DNA from: Lingula anatina
Taxonomy: Eukaryota > Animalia > Brachiopoda
NCBI GenBank assembly: GCA_051362555.1
Contig: CM120640.1
Span: 68,426,788-68,490,787 of the forward strand
Reading direction: 5' to 3'
Length of the DNA: 64,000 nucleotides
The position numbers were made by a program, and so were the translations under genes. How positions within the stretch are numbered: position 1 is the stretch's first letter; each line of letters opens with the position of its first letter. Shown piece by piece: positions 1 to 21,638 of the stretch. A model generated the notes under the pieces. It saw only the letters and a list, made by a program, of their open reading frames with translations, was not told the DNA's origin and ran no database searches.

Positions 1-355
1 CAATCAACTAGAACGTCGACACTGCTGCACATGGGAAGCTGGTAGGCACCCCACTATATTCTTAATTTACGTTTGCGACAGTATGGCAAAAAAAAAACAT
101 TTGAGGAAGTTCTAGAAATTATTTTGCCAGCTTACCAGCTGAGCGAATCATTCGAGCATAATTCGAGAGAGTTCCCTATGAAATAACTGTACCACTTAAA
201 TTATAAAAAAATAGTTTTTAAAAAGAAAAACAGGAAAGATAAAGACAATAAGCATGAGCACCCCCTCTAGATATATTACTTACCATATATTACTTACCGT
301 TACTTACATAAAACCCTTCTAAAATGCAAAACCCGCACGGAACGATACATTCTAG

Positions 356-3300
356 GCTTGCTATGAGTGTCCATTCAACCTGACAGACTGCCACCGCCCC
401 CACTGTATAGCTGCTGATGGACATATGCGAGCAGTTGTTGCAGTCAATAGACAGATACCAGGGCCGATGATAGAGGTGAGCGTACGCACACTCGCACACA
501 CACACACAAACACATGAGGCCTCTGTATCCCTGAAGATCTCTCGAAAGAAGTCATTCAATTTTGTGTGTGTTTAATTCAGCTCGATTTTGCGAGCCTGTC
601 ATGCGGTGACAGTTGACATTAGTCTTGGAAGCTTTTGCGTGGTTTGTGACACATTGTCCACCCCTCATAAAGCTGGAAACCTAGCGTGCATACACCCGAA
701 TTCCCACCGAAAATATTTTGGCCTTAGCCAATAATTTATTTGTTTATATGAATTACGAATTAATATTTATCAATACATTGGCTGAGGTGCCTTTATTGTA
801 AATTAATCAAAAGATATGTGATTGTCATCCAGGTTTGTGAGGGTGATACCTTGGTGGTGAATGTAAAGAATGAACTTGAGGACGGTGAAAGTACAGTGAT
901 ACATTGGCACGGCATCCACCAGATGGGGACACCGTACATGGACGGAGTCAGTATGATAACACAGTGTCCCATTCCACAGTTCACAACATTCAGGTACGCT
1001 ACGGGAATGTTAGACACATTAAAATGTAATGTTGATAGCAGTTTGTCGTCAGATCTTTTTAAGAAGTATAATATATTTATATTCTTTACGTTATTTTTAA
1101 TTACAATCTATTGCAACAGTAAGTTAAACAGCCGCAATGAATTAACCATGGCCTTTAGGACTAAGGTATGTAGGGCTCTCTGAAATGTCTTGTAGCAAGA
1201 ATGAATTCCTGCTTGCAGTTACATGATTGTTTGTTACGTCTGGTGTGTTATAATTTGCAAGTACTTGCGCTATTGAGCAATTGTATATTTTAGTTTTTCA
1301 CACGCCTGTGTTTTACACTGTCAAAGCGCACAGGGTTACTACTAAACATGGAATATTATTTTTTTGAGAGTAAATTTTCTACAAAATATCTATTTTCTCT
1401 CTTACTTTTTTAAATCCAAAACTGAGGTGTCACTCCATGTGTAGCCAGGTGTGTTACCTTATTACCACACAACTCTCGAAACAATTGATGCTTGCAGTTG
1501 CATTATCTGTGGTCAGAAATGAGGGGTGGTCTTTTCGGCAATTTCTTCCCTTGTATAAAACGCATGAGTTTGGTCAATCTTTGGAGTGTATTTAGAGAAG
1601 CAACAAAGGGATCGCTCTGAAACTTGACAGGTACCTTAGAGAAGATATGGTTCCACAGCTAAGCAACGCAGCTTACTATGGGATTCTTGCTCTCAGAGAA
1701 AATGGCCAGAAACGGACAGCCATTGCCAGACAATTCAACATTTTTCAGGAACCGTTAGTAAAGTCCTACAAAGAAATGCTATCGACGTCTGCAATGGGCT
1801 GGGGACCACGTCCGTTTGCAGCCAAAACACTGGAATTACGTCGTTTTTAGTGATGAGGCTAGATATGGATTTTTTGGGGTTGACCTTCGAATCCGTGTCC
1901 GCTGACGTGTATGAGAGGCATAAAATGATGATTGTGTATTGCCTAGGGTGCAAGCAGGGGGTGGTAACGTCTCTATTTGGGGAGCATTTAGTGGCGGTGC
2001 CCAGAACCAGTTGGTTTTTCCAGGAGGCAACCTCAACCAGGATTCCTACAGAGACATTCTACAGCAAACAATGCTTCGATTTGTAAGAGTCATATTCAGG
2101 AATAACTTTGTGTATCAAGACGACTGCACAACCCCACATCGAGCTCGCAGAATCACTGTTTTCCTTCAAAACCAATAGGTTCAGCAACTCCCCTGGCCTG
2201 CAAACTCCCCAGAAATGAACCCAATTGAAACCTGTAACTCTCAGAATTAATAGCTATGGTCATTGGCCGGTAAACAGTGATCAACTGCGCCAGGCAAATA
2301 TCACTGAGTGGAATGATATCCCCACTCAATGACGTACTTTTTTGATGAATCAAGCCAAAAAATATTTAATCAGCACTCAAAAATAACAATGATAAAAAAT
2401 ATTTCATATTAAGTAGTAATTCTGTATATTTGCAGGGTTATCTAACAGGTCGTCATAAAATTTAGTATGTAACCATTTATAACACTGAAAGCATGTGTCG
2501 AGTAAAGTTTCATAATTTTTGCAAATTATTTGTGGTCACTGCAGATAATTTTTTAAAAATCTTTTTACAAGTATTAATATATTAAACATGACATATTTAA
2601 GGCATGGGATTGCTGATGAATATCAGAACGCTTTATATGTACCGTGTTGTGTATACAGATATATATTGATATAAAAAGTATACACCCTATGTCCTCATTA
2701 GATAAAAATGACGGCAAACTTTTTTTCATTATCTTTTTGCTTGGTAATTTTTTCTTGGGGGGGGGGGGGGGGGCGGGGGTGAGAGAGAGATAATTAGAGG
2801 GACAGCCTGGATACTTAAGTAGAACTGTTCCAATACAGGTACACGTTTAAAGCCAGCCCAGCTGGGACCCATTTCTATCATTCGCACGTTGGTGCTCAGA
2901 TCGCGGACGGCCTGTATGGTGCGTTAATCGTTCGCAAACCACCGGAAGATGAACCACATAGGACCCTGTACGACGAGGATCTTCCCAGTCACGTGGTCCA
3001 GCTGGCAGACTGGTTTCCGGAGCCATCAAATGCACGTTTCATCCAGTTTGTGCATAAAGAGTGAGCTTTTTTAAATTTTAATTAATTTATTTATTTTGGA
3101 TGTCAGACATATAAACAGAGAAGTCAGCGTTATATGTTTTCATCGTCTTCCTTTTTTGAGACCATCAGCTTTTGAATATATTTAATTGCTGATGCTATGA
3201 AATAATGATTTTCTATTAATTGACCATTTACAATATCGTTCTAAAACGTCTGAACGTTCTCTGAAACCACAAGAATAAATTGTTTTTATTGCACCAGTGC

Positions 3301-6300
3301 ACCGTATCTACCGTATCGATGTGCACAAAGTTTGTCAGACAGTGATTTTTGTTTCTCTACAGGCCTGACTTCTTTCTACCAGTTTCCTTACTGTTAAACG
3401 GGAGATCTGATAACTACGAAGTAAAACTTAGTTCCAACCCTAACATCACGGCAAAACCCCCTCTAGAAGTCTTTCACGTGACCCAGGGTAATCGATACCG
3501 CTTTCGCTTTACCAATGCTGGTCATATGAAATGCCAGTTTAAAGTATCGGTTGACGCCCACAATTTGACTGTCATTGCTGCCGATGGCGTTGATGTGAAG
3601 CCCTTGGAGGTCGATGCATTTGGAATAAAACCAGGTATTAATGTATTTCTCATTACCGTGATATACATGTAAGGTTCTTGCAACAGAGCTTGTGTAAACT
3701 AAGGTACGGGTAATTTACTTACAAAGCTGTCATCTCTCGCAGTACCTCTGATCAAGCATTTCAGGGCTTGAACTTAAGGTGACCTCATTGAAAGTATTAT
3801 TTATTATTCCTTTGGTTTCAAATCACTTGATTTCAGGTGAAAGATTTGACGTCGTTTTGCATGTCAATCAGTCAGTTGGTAATTATTGGTTGAAAGCGGC
3901 AGGCTTAGTGGACTGTGGTTTCTTAGGGCATGTTGCCCTAGGAGTAATTAGATACGATGGCGCAGCTGACGAATACCCCACAGAAGACAGCAAGGCAAAC
4001 AGACTCGGGAAGGTAATTCCTTCTTCAACATTACGTTTACTCTCTCTGTCTCTCTCTCAATTCTGTAATATGGGATCTTGAAGGTACTGCGATGATACAG
4101 TACTGAGAATAAATTCAGGCCCCTAGTGACCCCTAACCTGGAGTCCAACAATGGTGCCTAAAATAACTTCTAACGTGTATCAAGTTAACTCTGATGGAGT
4201 CACGCCATCCACAAGAGAGTCACAATTGACTGGACGCTTGATGTAACCGATTTTTAAATGAAAACTCAATCACTTTCGCGTCCCTTGGTACAGACCATAA
4301 TACAATACTATTTTCTATGGCGTGCACGTGCAGAAAATGCCCATTAGGTGGTCTGTCAACAGTTGGTCAATGGAGCAATGTTAAAAAATTGCAAAGAAAC
4401 CATGTCGACTAGTCTGCTCCACCAACGAACTTAAACGAGGCTTAACGTCCGGCGCACTAGAGGAATTCAGGGAAAAGGGGTAAGTCTGACCCTGGTTCTA
4501 GGGAAATTTGACCCTGATGTAAGTGTTCACTTTAAATGTAAAGAGAGGCAAGGGGTGACTGTCTCTGACAAGAGTCTTAAGACTGGCCCTGGGTAAAGTT
4601 TACCCTGATATAAGAGTCAAATTATCTCCATGAGAGTCCTACAGAGTCTTAAGACTCCAATTTTATTCTCAGTGATTCGCAAACCAAGTTTTCACTTTTT
4701 TTAGCTGTGCGCTAACGCCTGGGACTGAGAAATCATGTCTGTTCCCTCATTTATGTTTTCTTTTCAGAGCTTTTCTCTCTGCTTCTACGGCACTTACCCT
4801 TGTCACACACCCCACATTTGTCCAGAACCATAGTCCCTGATTGACCGTTAAGTTTTCTCAAAATCTACCAAGATAATGATATATTTATATTTGGTGTTGT
4901 ATATGTTTCTCATATAGGTTAATCTTTTTTGAATTGTGTTTCTGCCTTTGCAGACCCTTGCTTGTTGTTCTGCAAAATGTCTTTAGCCTACGAAAAAAAC
5001 TATATTAGTGGAATGTTGCCATTTTGGTGTTGGTCGGCTCACCTGTATTCCGTAAATTGTACAATTATGGACAATATTCTGCCCATTTTCCACGATTTCT
5101 TTCTTTTCTGTAAAACATTAACCGTTTTTGTCATTCCTGTTTGCGCCTATGACAAACAGACAAACAAACACAAACGAATGTTACAATATAACCCATTCTT
5201 GGCGGAGATATGACAAAAGCAACCACAAGCAAAGAAGTAGATATTGTCGCAAAGGTAATTTTAAACTACACATTATTTCAGTATTTGAATCCCACCTTAA
5301 GTGAGCCATGGAACCCGATTGCAACCCACGGACCGGACTTTGACATTCTCATGGACGAGTTGGAAAATTTCAAGAACGAAAATTTTACCGATGAAAATGT
5401 GGATGCCAAGTACTATCTTGGTAAGTCAAGTTGTTGCCTGATCCAACGTGGTCTTACTGGCACATTTCTTGTTGAGATGTGTTTTAGTCGGGATGATTGG
5501 TGCTATATATTGTCCAAATTGCTCAGCATGTGGAAAAAGGATTACATGAAACTTGGCACATGAAACTTTTTCAACCTTCTGAGCAATTTTTGCACCAATC
5601 ATCTAGAGTATTTGTGTTATATCTTCTTTTTTATTGCATTATAAATACTATTTCAAAAAAAAAGGAAATTTATATGCAATTCTATTTCATTTGCTCAATT
5701 AAACCACCTTTTGTCTATGTTAGTCATTGGCAAAGTAAGACCGAGCTGCCATGCTGATTTAAATAATCCCCCTACAGGAGGTCTGTTTTACGTCAAGCTT
5801 TAAGCCTATAAACCCTAAAGTTTAGACTGCTAAAATCGGCTGTGTAAAAAAAGACTTTGTAGCATTGGTCTGATAAGGTGGCGCTTCTTGTGCCTTGGTC
5901 AAGGTTGTGCTGCACTCTACCGTACGGAAGTCCTTACGGGTATCGTATTTGAAATCGATTATACATTTTACGCACAATTTTGAGCTAATAAAGCTACCTT
6001 TTTGTCCATGGAATTAACCTATAGCAGCGTACAAAAACGTAGGAATGAACAACACACAATGGAGCAGCTGTGCTGAAAAAACTGAAAAAAACTTCAGGTG
6101 ACAAAAGGGTGGGGATACGTTTTTCGCAGGCTAATCATGCGTTAGGTAAACGTTAAAAGTACTTTACGCAAAAGGTATAATAAAAATATTTGTGAAGATG
6201 TTTAAAACTTATTATATTCACTTGTATGAATTTGAAGTCGTGTATCTCTATATTCTGACCATATGGGTACTAAAAACGCTGCATCAACAGCGTTTTAATA

Positions 6301-8459
6301 TTCTTGAAACCCGCAAGGACGGTGTGCGGCAACTGCACTTAGAGTGAAAGAGCATCGTATGATCAGTTTTCAAGCGACAAAACCGATTTTTCCCTTTGTG
6401 ACTTCAAGGCTTTGTTGGAGAAATGACACAGCACACAGTTCCTTTGCATCCCATAGTCCAAAGAAAATTACCATGTAAAAACCGCGATGACCTCAACGAT
6501 TTCATCGTAAGGCGCAAATGGAACCTTGACTTTATTTTATTTTTTAGGTATGGACTTTCTGCTTAATAACAATCCGAAGTTCAACCCTCCTATTTACTAC
6601 CCTGCCGAGGAGCTACGTCCACCTAAAACACATTTAACTCCAGCTTTCGACAACGTATCTTTTTTTTTCAGAACCATTTTTTATTTTTTATTCATATCTT
6701 CCCAGAGACCCAGAAAACCGTATATATACTATAATTATTAGTTTTTAACGGTACGGGTGTGGTTTGTTCGGTTGATGTAAAAAGAAGAAAACAAGTGATA
6801 ATAATAAATCATTTTCTATTAATAACTGCTATAACCTGAATTAATTTCTAATATGTGAGTTTTCCCAACTTCTTATGTAAGTTTATTGGTACAATAATTA
6901 ATCACTTCACAAACACGAAAATTATATAAAAACTGGTTATCTTCCTTAACGACCATAAAGATAACGTTTGCGTTCCCTCCTGTGCCCCTCATGACACAAC
7001 CAGATGACATTGATTCCGCATGGTTTTGTAATCACTCCACAGTTAATACCACCAACTGCGGTGACGATCTCTGTAAATGCACACATATGGTGGAATTCAA
7101 GCTTAATCAGGTAAAACGCCATTTGTAACTCTTTTATAATACAAATTCGTTCTTAATCTACTTTCAACAATCTCCGCCGTGAACCTCGTTAGTTTCTTTC
7201 TTTCATTGGTTTAACTTTTCTTATATTTCATTCATTAATTCATTTCATAATTATTAATATTTATTTTTATTTATTTCGATAAGTGACGGAACAGAAATGG
7301 GTTATTATTTCCCCAATGTTTAAGGTTGTGGAAATGGTCCTCATCAACGAGGGTAAACCAATCCCAGTTGAGCATGCGCTTCATCTGCATGGTGCATATT
7401 TTCGTGTGCTGGGCGTTGGAAAGGTTTGTGTTAATTTAGCTATTTGTCTTGGAAAAAAATTATCAGCATCGGTGTCCTTGGGCTGAATGCCACTGCATAA
7501 TACGTTTAGCGACTCATTATTGATGTGTGAATACAAAATTTGTCAGAAATATGTAAAATCATATGGGGGCTTTAAAAAAATGACAAGTTGCCAATATACT
7601 GGCGAAAAACTGACAACAAATATGCATTTGAATTTCAAATTTTAGCTCGAGAGTTCTACTTCGGTTGAAGAAATAAAGACACTGCACGAGGAGGGTAATC
7701 TAAGATATAAACTTATAAGTCCTAGCTACCGTGACACAGTGATCGTGCCTGACAATGGATATGCTATCATACGATTTAGAACCGACAATCCAGGTAAGGG
7801 TTGAATATTGACATTCGAAATAAGAATAAACATACACTGTATTCTTTTTCTTGAATAATAAACATGGTTGAATTATTGATTGAAAAACATAGATGCATAC
7901 ATTCCTACAAAAAATGTATGCCTTCAAAAATGTTACTGTTAACGTAAATGATTCTTTGATTCTCAGTCAACGCACTCATCGCTAACGTTTATTTTTTAAA
8001 TTCATTATTATAAAAAGGTTGATACCGCTTTCCGGTCATTCAAATATGCACTCAAAACAGCACAGAAGAATAATCGAATATCAAGTTTGGATTGGGCTTG
8101 GTTTTTGAAAGTTAAAGTAAGTACTTTTATTTACGTGTCTAATAATATTCTATTTCCATACAGGTGTCTGGCTCTTCCACTGCCATTTTAATGTTCATCT
8201 AAACCTGGGTCAAGCCATGTTGCTGAAATTTGGTGATTTTGCAGAGTATCCATCGATTCCAGCAAACCTTCCTCGGTGTGGTAGTTGGGGCGGACATGTC
8301 TACAAAGATGCAACTCACAGGGACCAATGTCCTCAACAACCTGTGCAGGAGTGTAAAGAACCAACCGCGACCGGAAGTCGTAGCCTGCCGCCATTTTCTT
8401 TGTTTCAGCTGGTCATTTTCGTCCTACAGGTCTCTTGGATAAAAACTGGGCTTTTGTAG
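356..8459 (+). CDS. Laccase-like multicopper oxidase (insect laccase1/MCO1-like), N-terminal exon(s) outside the window; probable GPI-anchor or membrane tail
   Basis: 11 exons join in frame (1890 nt, 629 aa + stop): 356-475, 833-993, 2839-3060, 3363-3634, 3837-4012, 5282-5420, 6548-6654, 6961-7110, 7325-7423, 7646-7793, 8164-8459. Cys-rich [22 protein letters not shown], then [15 protein letters not shown]. All four copper motifs are present: [27 protein letters not shown]. Also RDTVIVP and RFRTDNPG, and a hydrophobic C-terminus [15 protein letters not shown]. Confidence 0.95.
1647..2340 (+). mobile_element. Degenerate Tc1-like (DD34E) transposase remnant in laccase intron
   Basis: Frameshifted pieces read HTH-like [53 protein letters not shown] and [12 protein letters not shown], matching the Tc1 D, D, E catalytic motifs. 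TIRs not clearly resolved. Confidence 0.85.
2757..2779. repeat. Poly-G tract
   Basis: Run of G with one C interruption, followed by a short (GA)n. Confidence 0.85.
4101..4674. mobile_element. Putative non-autonomous TIR element (MITE) with CACT-type ends
   Basis: ACTGAGAATAAA at about 4102 and its inverted copy TTTATTCTCAGTG ending at 4674. Internal repeated motifs AGAGTCTTAAGACT (twice) and TGACCCTG/TTTACCCTG. Confidence 0.5.
6655..6960 (+). other. Probable U12-type (minor spliceosome) GT-AG intron in the laccase
   Basis: 5' splice site GTATCTTTT (U12 consensus RTATCCTTT); branch point TTCCTTAAC at 6942-6950; 3' AG at 6959-6960 with no polypyrimidine tract; phase 0 join gives AFDN|ITFAFPP. 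Confidence 0.8.
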
Positions 8460-9777
8460 AAAGCATTTGCCTTTGATAGACTGGCGGCGACACGCTGTAG
8501 TTCACTTGTATTTCTTTCTTGTAAGATTCTAGTAGTGAAATTTCATTAAATGTCATATTATGAACTGACATGCTTATATACTAAAATTGTTATAAACAAT
8601 TTAAATATGATATACACAGTACAAAGTAGTCCATGATTGTGGACCTTGATAATTGTATCGGATGGTCAAATAATAACGTTCTCCACTGTTGCGTTTCACA
8701 TCTTAAAACTAAACACTTTAGTCTTTAAGGATCTGTATTTTCATACACATGACCATGCCTCTGACCCGTAAAAATGATGACTCAGTCATTTTCATCTGGA
8801 ATACGGTAATCATCTCTATCATCATCAAAGACGCTGCACTAGAAATTAAGTATTTGGTAAGTAAGATAAAAATGTACACAAAGCACTTACATGTACCTAT
8901 TAACAACAGCGCGCTTCCATACAATGGTATTTGGTGAATGTCGTGTATAATCAATGAATTATTTGGTTTTGATGAATTTGACGTGCGGTGCGTTTTTGTT
9001 AATCAACCCGAATTTTTTTGTATTTTGAACACAATTCGCATACTATATTTTCAGCTTAGTACACTGGTTTCATCATAATATGATTTCACATATTTTATAC
9101 AATTGCTATCCTCATTTTCAAACATATCTTGTACTTAAGGATAAGAAGCGGAAAACAATGGCTAAAGTGCGTAGTGTTATGTGCCCAACTAACCGCCAAC
9201 ATCTTCTTAGTGCAGACGTATAATACTCTGGATCAAAAGATCATGATCATACGGTACAAAATGTAAAATTTCTACCTGAAATACCCAGTAAATCTTGTAA
9301 ATTGTTCGTATACCACTGACTTTAAAAGCTACTATTTAAAACAAGCTGAAGCCTGTGTCACATGTACCGGGTAAAGTGTCCTTACACCGACATATAGGCC
9401 TCGTTGTCATTTGTAAATACTAGATACAACTGTCAGAGTGACTCATCCATTATTTTTGTTCAATTTCATATTAAACTTGACCATTGACAATTAATTCTTA
9501 AATAACTAATATTTTACCCGCAAATGTTTCTGTTTCTTCTTCATTGTAACATGGTCAAGAATGCTTGGATTCATACGTAGAATTCATACCGCATGTACAT
9601 GTAGTGGGCTCGCGCATATATGCACATTGTATAAATAGGAACAAGAATGAACTTTTATCAACTTCGTAAAGCTAGTACATGTATGCCTCTTTTGAATCAC
9701 ACTGAATAATAAACATAGTTTAAGACATATATATTTAGATAGGATACTAGACAGATAGCTATATCATCAGATGTAAT

Positions 9778-18521
<8,744 letters not shown>

Positions 18522-18736
18522 GGTGTTTCTTTTCTTTGGGAAAGCACGTGTGCAGAACTTGGTTCCAACTACTGGTCCTTGCTACCAACTTTCAAAGAAA
18601 TCTACTTTCTCTCGAAAAAGAATAAAATGATTTTATTTTCTGGAGCAGAGATGTCAAAAGTCAACGTGATTTTGCAGTTCCCTGGTGCTCTGGCAGTAGA
18701 CAGGTGGGAAATGCTTCATTGAGCCACGAGTATAGA

Positions 18737-18744
18737 TTTTTATA
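18737..18744 (-). promoter_or_regulatory. Candidate TH TATA box
   Basis: TATAAAAA on the minus strand about 220 bp upstream of the ATG; Inr-like GCATTT about 30 nt downstream (about 18712); POU-type ATGAATATGCAA at 18769-18780. Confidence 0.55.
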
Positions 18745-19709
18745 GACGAGGTCTGTTTAACATCATTTATGAATATGCAATACAGCTAGTTATTCAATCG
18801 ATGAAAAACTGAGCAAAGTTCACGTTCACATAAGCTGTTGTATAAACTGGTCAGGCATCCCAGCGATCAATTGTCTCCTTAAAATTGCTACTTGATTTCA
18901 CCTGTTGTTATATGTCAGAGAACGATTGATTCGTGGAATAATTCGGTAGGAAACAGCGCGGGCGTATTATTGTGCTTCAGAGTAAGTCTAAATTGCTAAT
19001 TCATGTCCCTTATTGCAACTATGCTCTTTAATTGTCCATCAATTGCCCATGCGATATTGCAATTTATAAAGTATTCAAATACGAAGAATGGTAATAAAAG
19101 AATGCTATCAGTTAACTACTTTTGACATTCCAATGGGGAAAGCATACAAAGTTCAACGTCAGACCATTTCAGTTGGCTTTGTTATTTCATAGACTTTTAG
19201 TAATACATAATCACAAATACAATCTAGGATTACACAATTGTAAAAAAAAAGTAAGTTTACATCTGAAATTGATGGAAAATAAGCAAAGAAGAGAGGCAGT
19301 TTGTCAAAAGTTTGACCTAAAACCGCAGTTATACAAATGTGTGTTACAATATAAGGTTGCATGGTGGCACTTTGCCAAATAAATATTGGCACTATGCACG
19401 AGTTACCCATTCATTTGATATTTACGAAGTGGCTAATTTTTCAGATATCCTGCAAAGCAAGATTGTCATCATAAATAAAAGTCAATTTTCTGAAATGACA
19501 GGTTTTTAAAAGTAAACACTTAAAGCAAGTCAAATGCAAGTTGCAAGTAAATGCAAAGGGTAAATGTAGACAGCAGGAGCACCAAATCATATGACAGAAG
19601 CTTGGTTAATAGTTTCTTTTTTCGTTAGAAGAGGCATTTTGGATTATATACATATTCCTGAGTTTTACAATTGTATATCATATTGTAAAGTTTCGCATGC
19701 AATAGACGC

Positions 19710-19710
<1 letters not shown>

Positions 19711-19795
<85 letters not shown>
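19711..19795. repeat. Compound microsatellite (CT)n(CA)n
   Basis: Directly visible. Confidence 0.95.
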
Positions 19796-19797
<2 letters not shown>

Positions 19798-21245
19798 CAA
19801 TATGGAAGTTATATACAATTGTTCCATTTCATAAAACATGCATTTGTGAAAGTTTTGTTTAATTACATTTGCGAACAGGAAAAATGCCAGCCATCCATTA
19901 CAGCAATGTCAACATGCCCTGTTCCATCAAACCGCTCGGATTATAAAGGGGACATAGATTTCGATCGGTTGAATGAATGCGTGACGATGAGCACAACCCA
20001 GTGACAGAAAGACAGAAAAGGGTGTGTTATCCCAACGTTGTTGATTAGCCGGAATATTCTGTGTTCCATTCTGTGACGTCAACAAACCCGGAAATTGAAA
20101 TCAATATGTGAGTCTGGTTCCTGGGAAAACGGAATGCTCTGTTTCCAGGAGGGTTCAGCCTGTTGACAATCAAAAGCCACCATTTTCACTGTCTCAAATT
20201 ACAAATATAGATTATACTTAGCAAAGTAAAAAATACTACTTTGGAGACAAACATGTTTGATGAGCAACAATGGAATCATCAATTCTCTACAAAAAAAAAA
20301 TAATTATAATAAAATAATAATAATAAAATAAATAAATAATCATAATAATAATGACAAAAATTTTAATTTGTATGGAAGATACTGCGCGTTGCTTTAACTT
20401 AGATCAAAGTAAAACTCTCCTGCTCGCTACTAGAGGCCAGATTGGTAACAAATAAAAATACTCGTCGGACCTCTACAAGCATGTCTATTGGCCATTGGAA
20501 CGCAATGATCTATTTCACTTGCAAGGGCTTGTGACGTGATCCGCCTTCGCTTATCTGTCGGGCAAAACAGTCACGTGGTAATGAGCACGCTCGACTGTCA
20601 CCTTCATCGGTAAATGAACCTAATGAGACATATCTTTCCATAATCCAGGGTGCAACTGAAAATAACCTTGTCGCGCGACCTTATTTTGAGCGTTCGACAT
20701 TTAAACGAAAACGTTGGGTTGTTATGCAAAAGTATGACTCAGAATTTCCATAAAATCATGCCTAGTTTTTTTTTTTTTTTTTTTTAGATACTAGCAGGTG
20801 TGCTTGGATTGAGGGTGATCTGTTAGCTCTTTGTATTTTATTTGTACTTGTATCGCGCGTATATATTCAAATACTTCATCAGTTTCGATCGCTTGTTCTT
20901 CACCATGGAAGACTGCATTGTAGTGTGGTATTCTAAGGTCGTTTTCTGTTATTTTTAGTTTCATGAAAAACAGCCGAGAAAACGCGAGATCAAGCAATTA
21001 ATATTAGTGCAATTAACTACTGTCTTGTTTGCAGCAACTAGTTTTAACAAAGTTACTCCTTGTTTGCAGTAATACAAGGGGGACTTGGTACCCTCTACCA
21101 GGGCCGCAGTTATTATTGTGGACATTTTTTGCTCAGATGATGCTCGTTACGCAACCTGTCTAAGGCTCCGTTGTGTGCTGAAACTAGCCACGTGATTAAG
21201 GTCAAAAAGGTCAAAGCAATTACCTGTCTTGATTGCTGTCTAGCA

Positions 21246-21330
21246 GACTTAGGGACCTTTCCCACAGATATTTGGATCGATCTATCAATTTAGTGCGACT
21301 CCACAGGGAGTTAGGTCGATCCAGACGGAC
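21246..21330. mobile_element. MITE family copy B (truncated, internally deleted, opposite orientation)
   Basis: GACTTAGGGACCTTTCCCACAGATATTTGGATCGATCTATC...GGGAGTTAGGTCGAT is the reverse complement of parts of copies A and C. Confidence 0.7.
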
Positions 21331-21558
21331 CTGCCAAGTGGCAGTGCCTGAGCAGTTATGCAAACAATTACCAGCCATGTAATCAGCCTTGAGATTCCAT
21401 CATTCCAGGGTGACATCAGACCAAAATGCCTGTCTATTTATCTAGAGACATATCTGTGAATATTTGTAAAAAATCAATACGTCGCCCTGGTAGAGGGTAG
21501 GGACTCGGCAGAAACTTGTCGAGTGGCAGTGCGAACAAAAACCAACCCTCTAAACGTC

Positions 21559-21562
<4 letters not shown>

Positions 21563-21635
<73 letters not shown>
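21563..21635. repeat. (TA)n microsatellite
   Basis: Directly visible. Confidence 0.95.

Positions 21636-21638
<3 letters not shown>

Noticed and set aside
5150-5210. Possible Helentron-associated element end (ACAA repeats then CTTGGCGGAG)
   Set aside because: Too short and degenerate to support without a repeat library.
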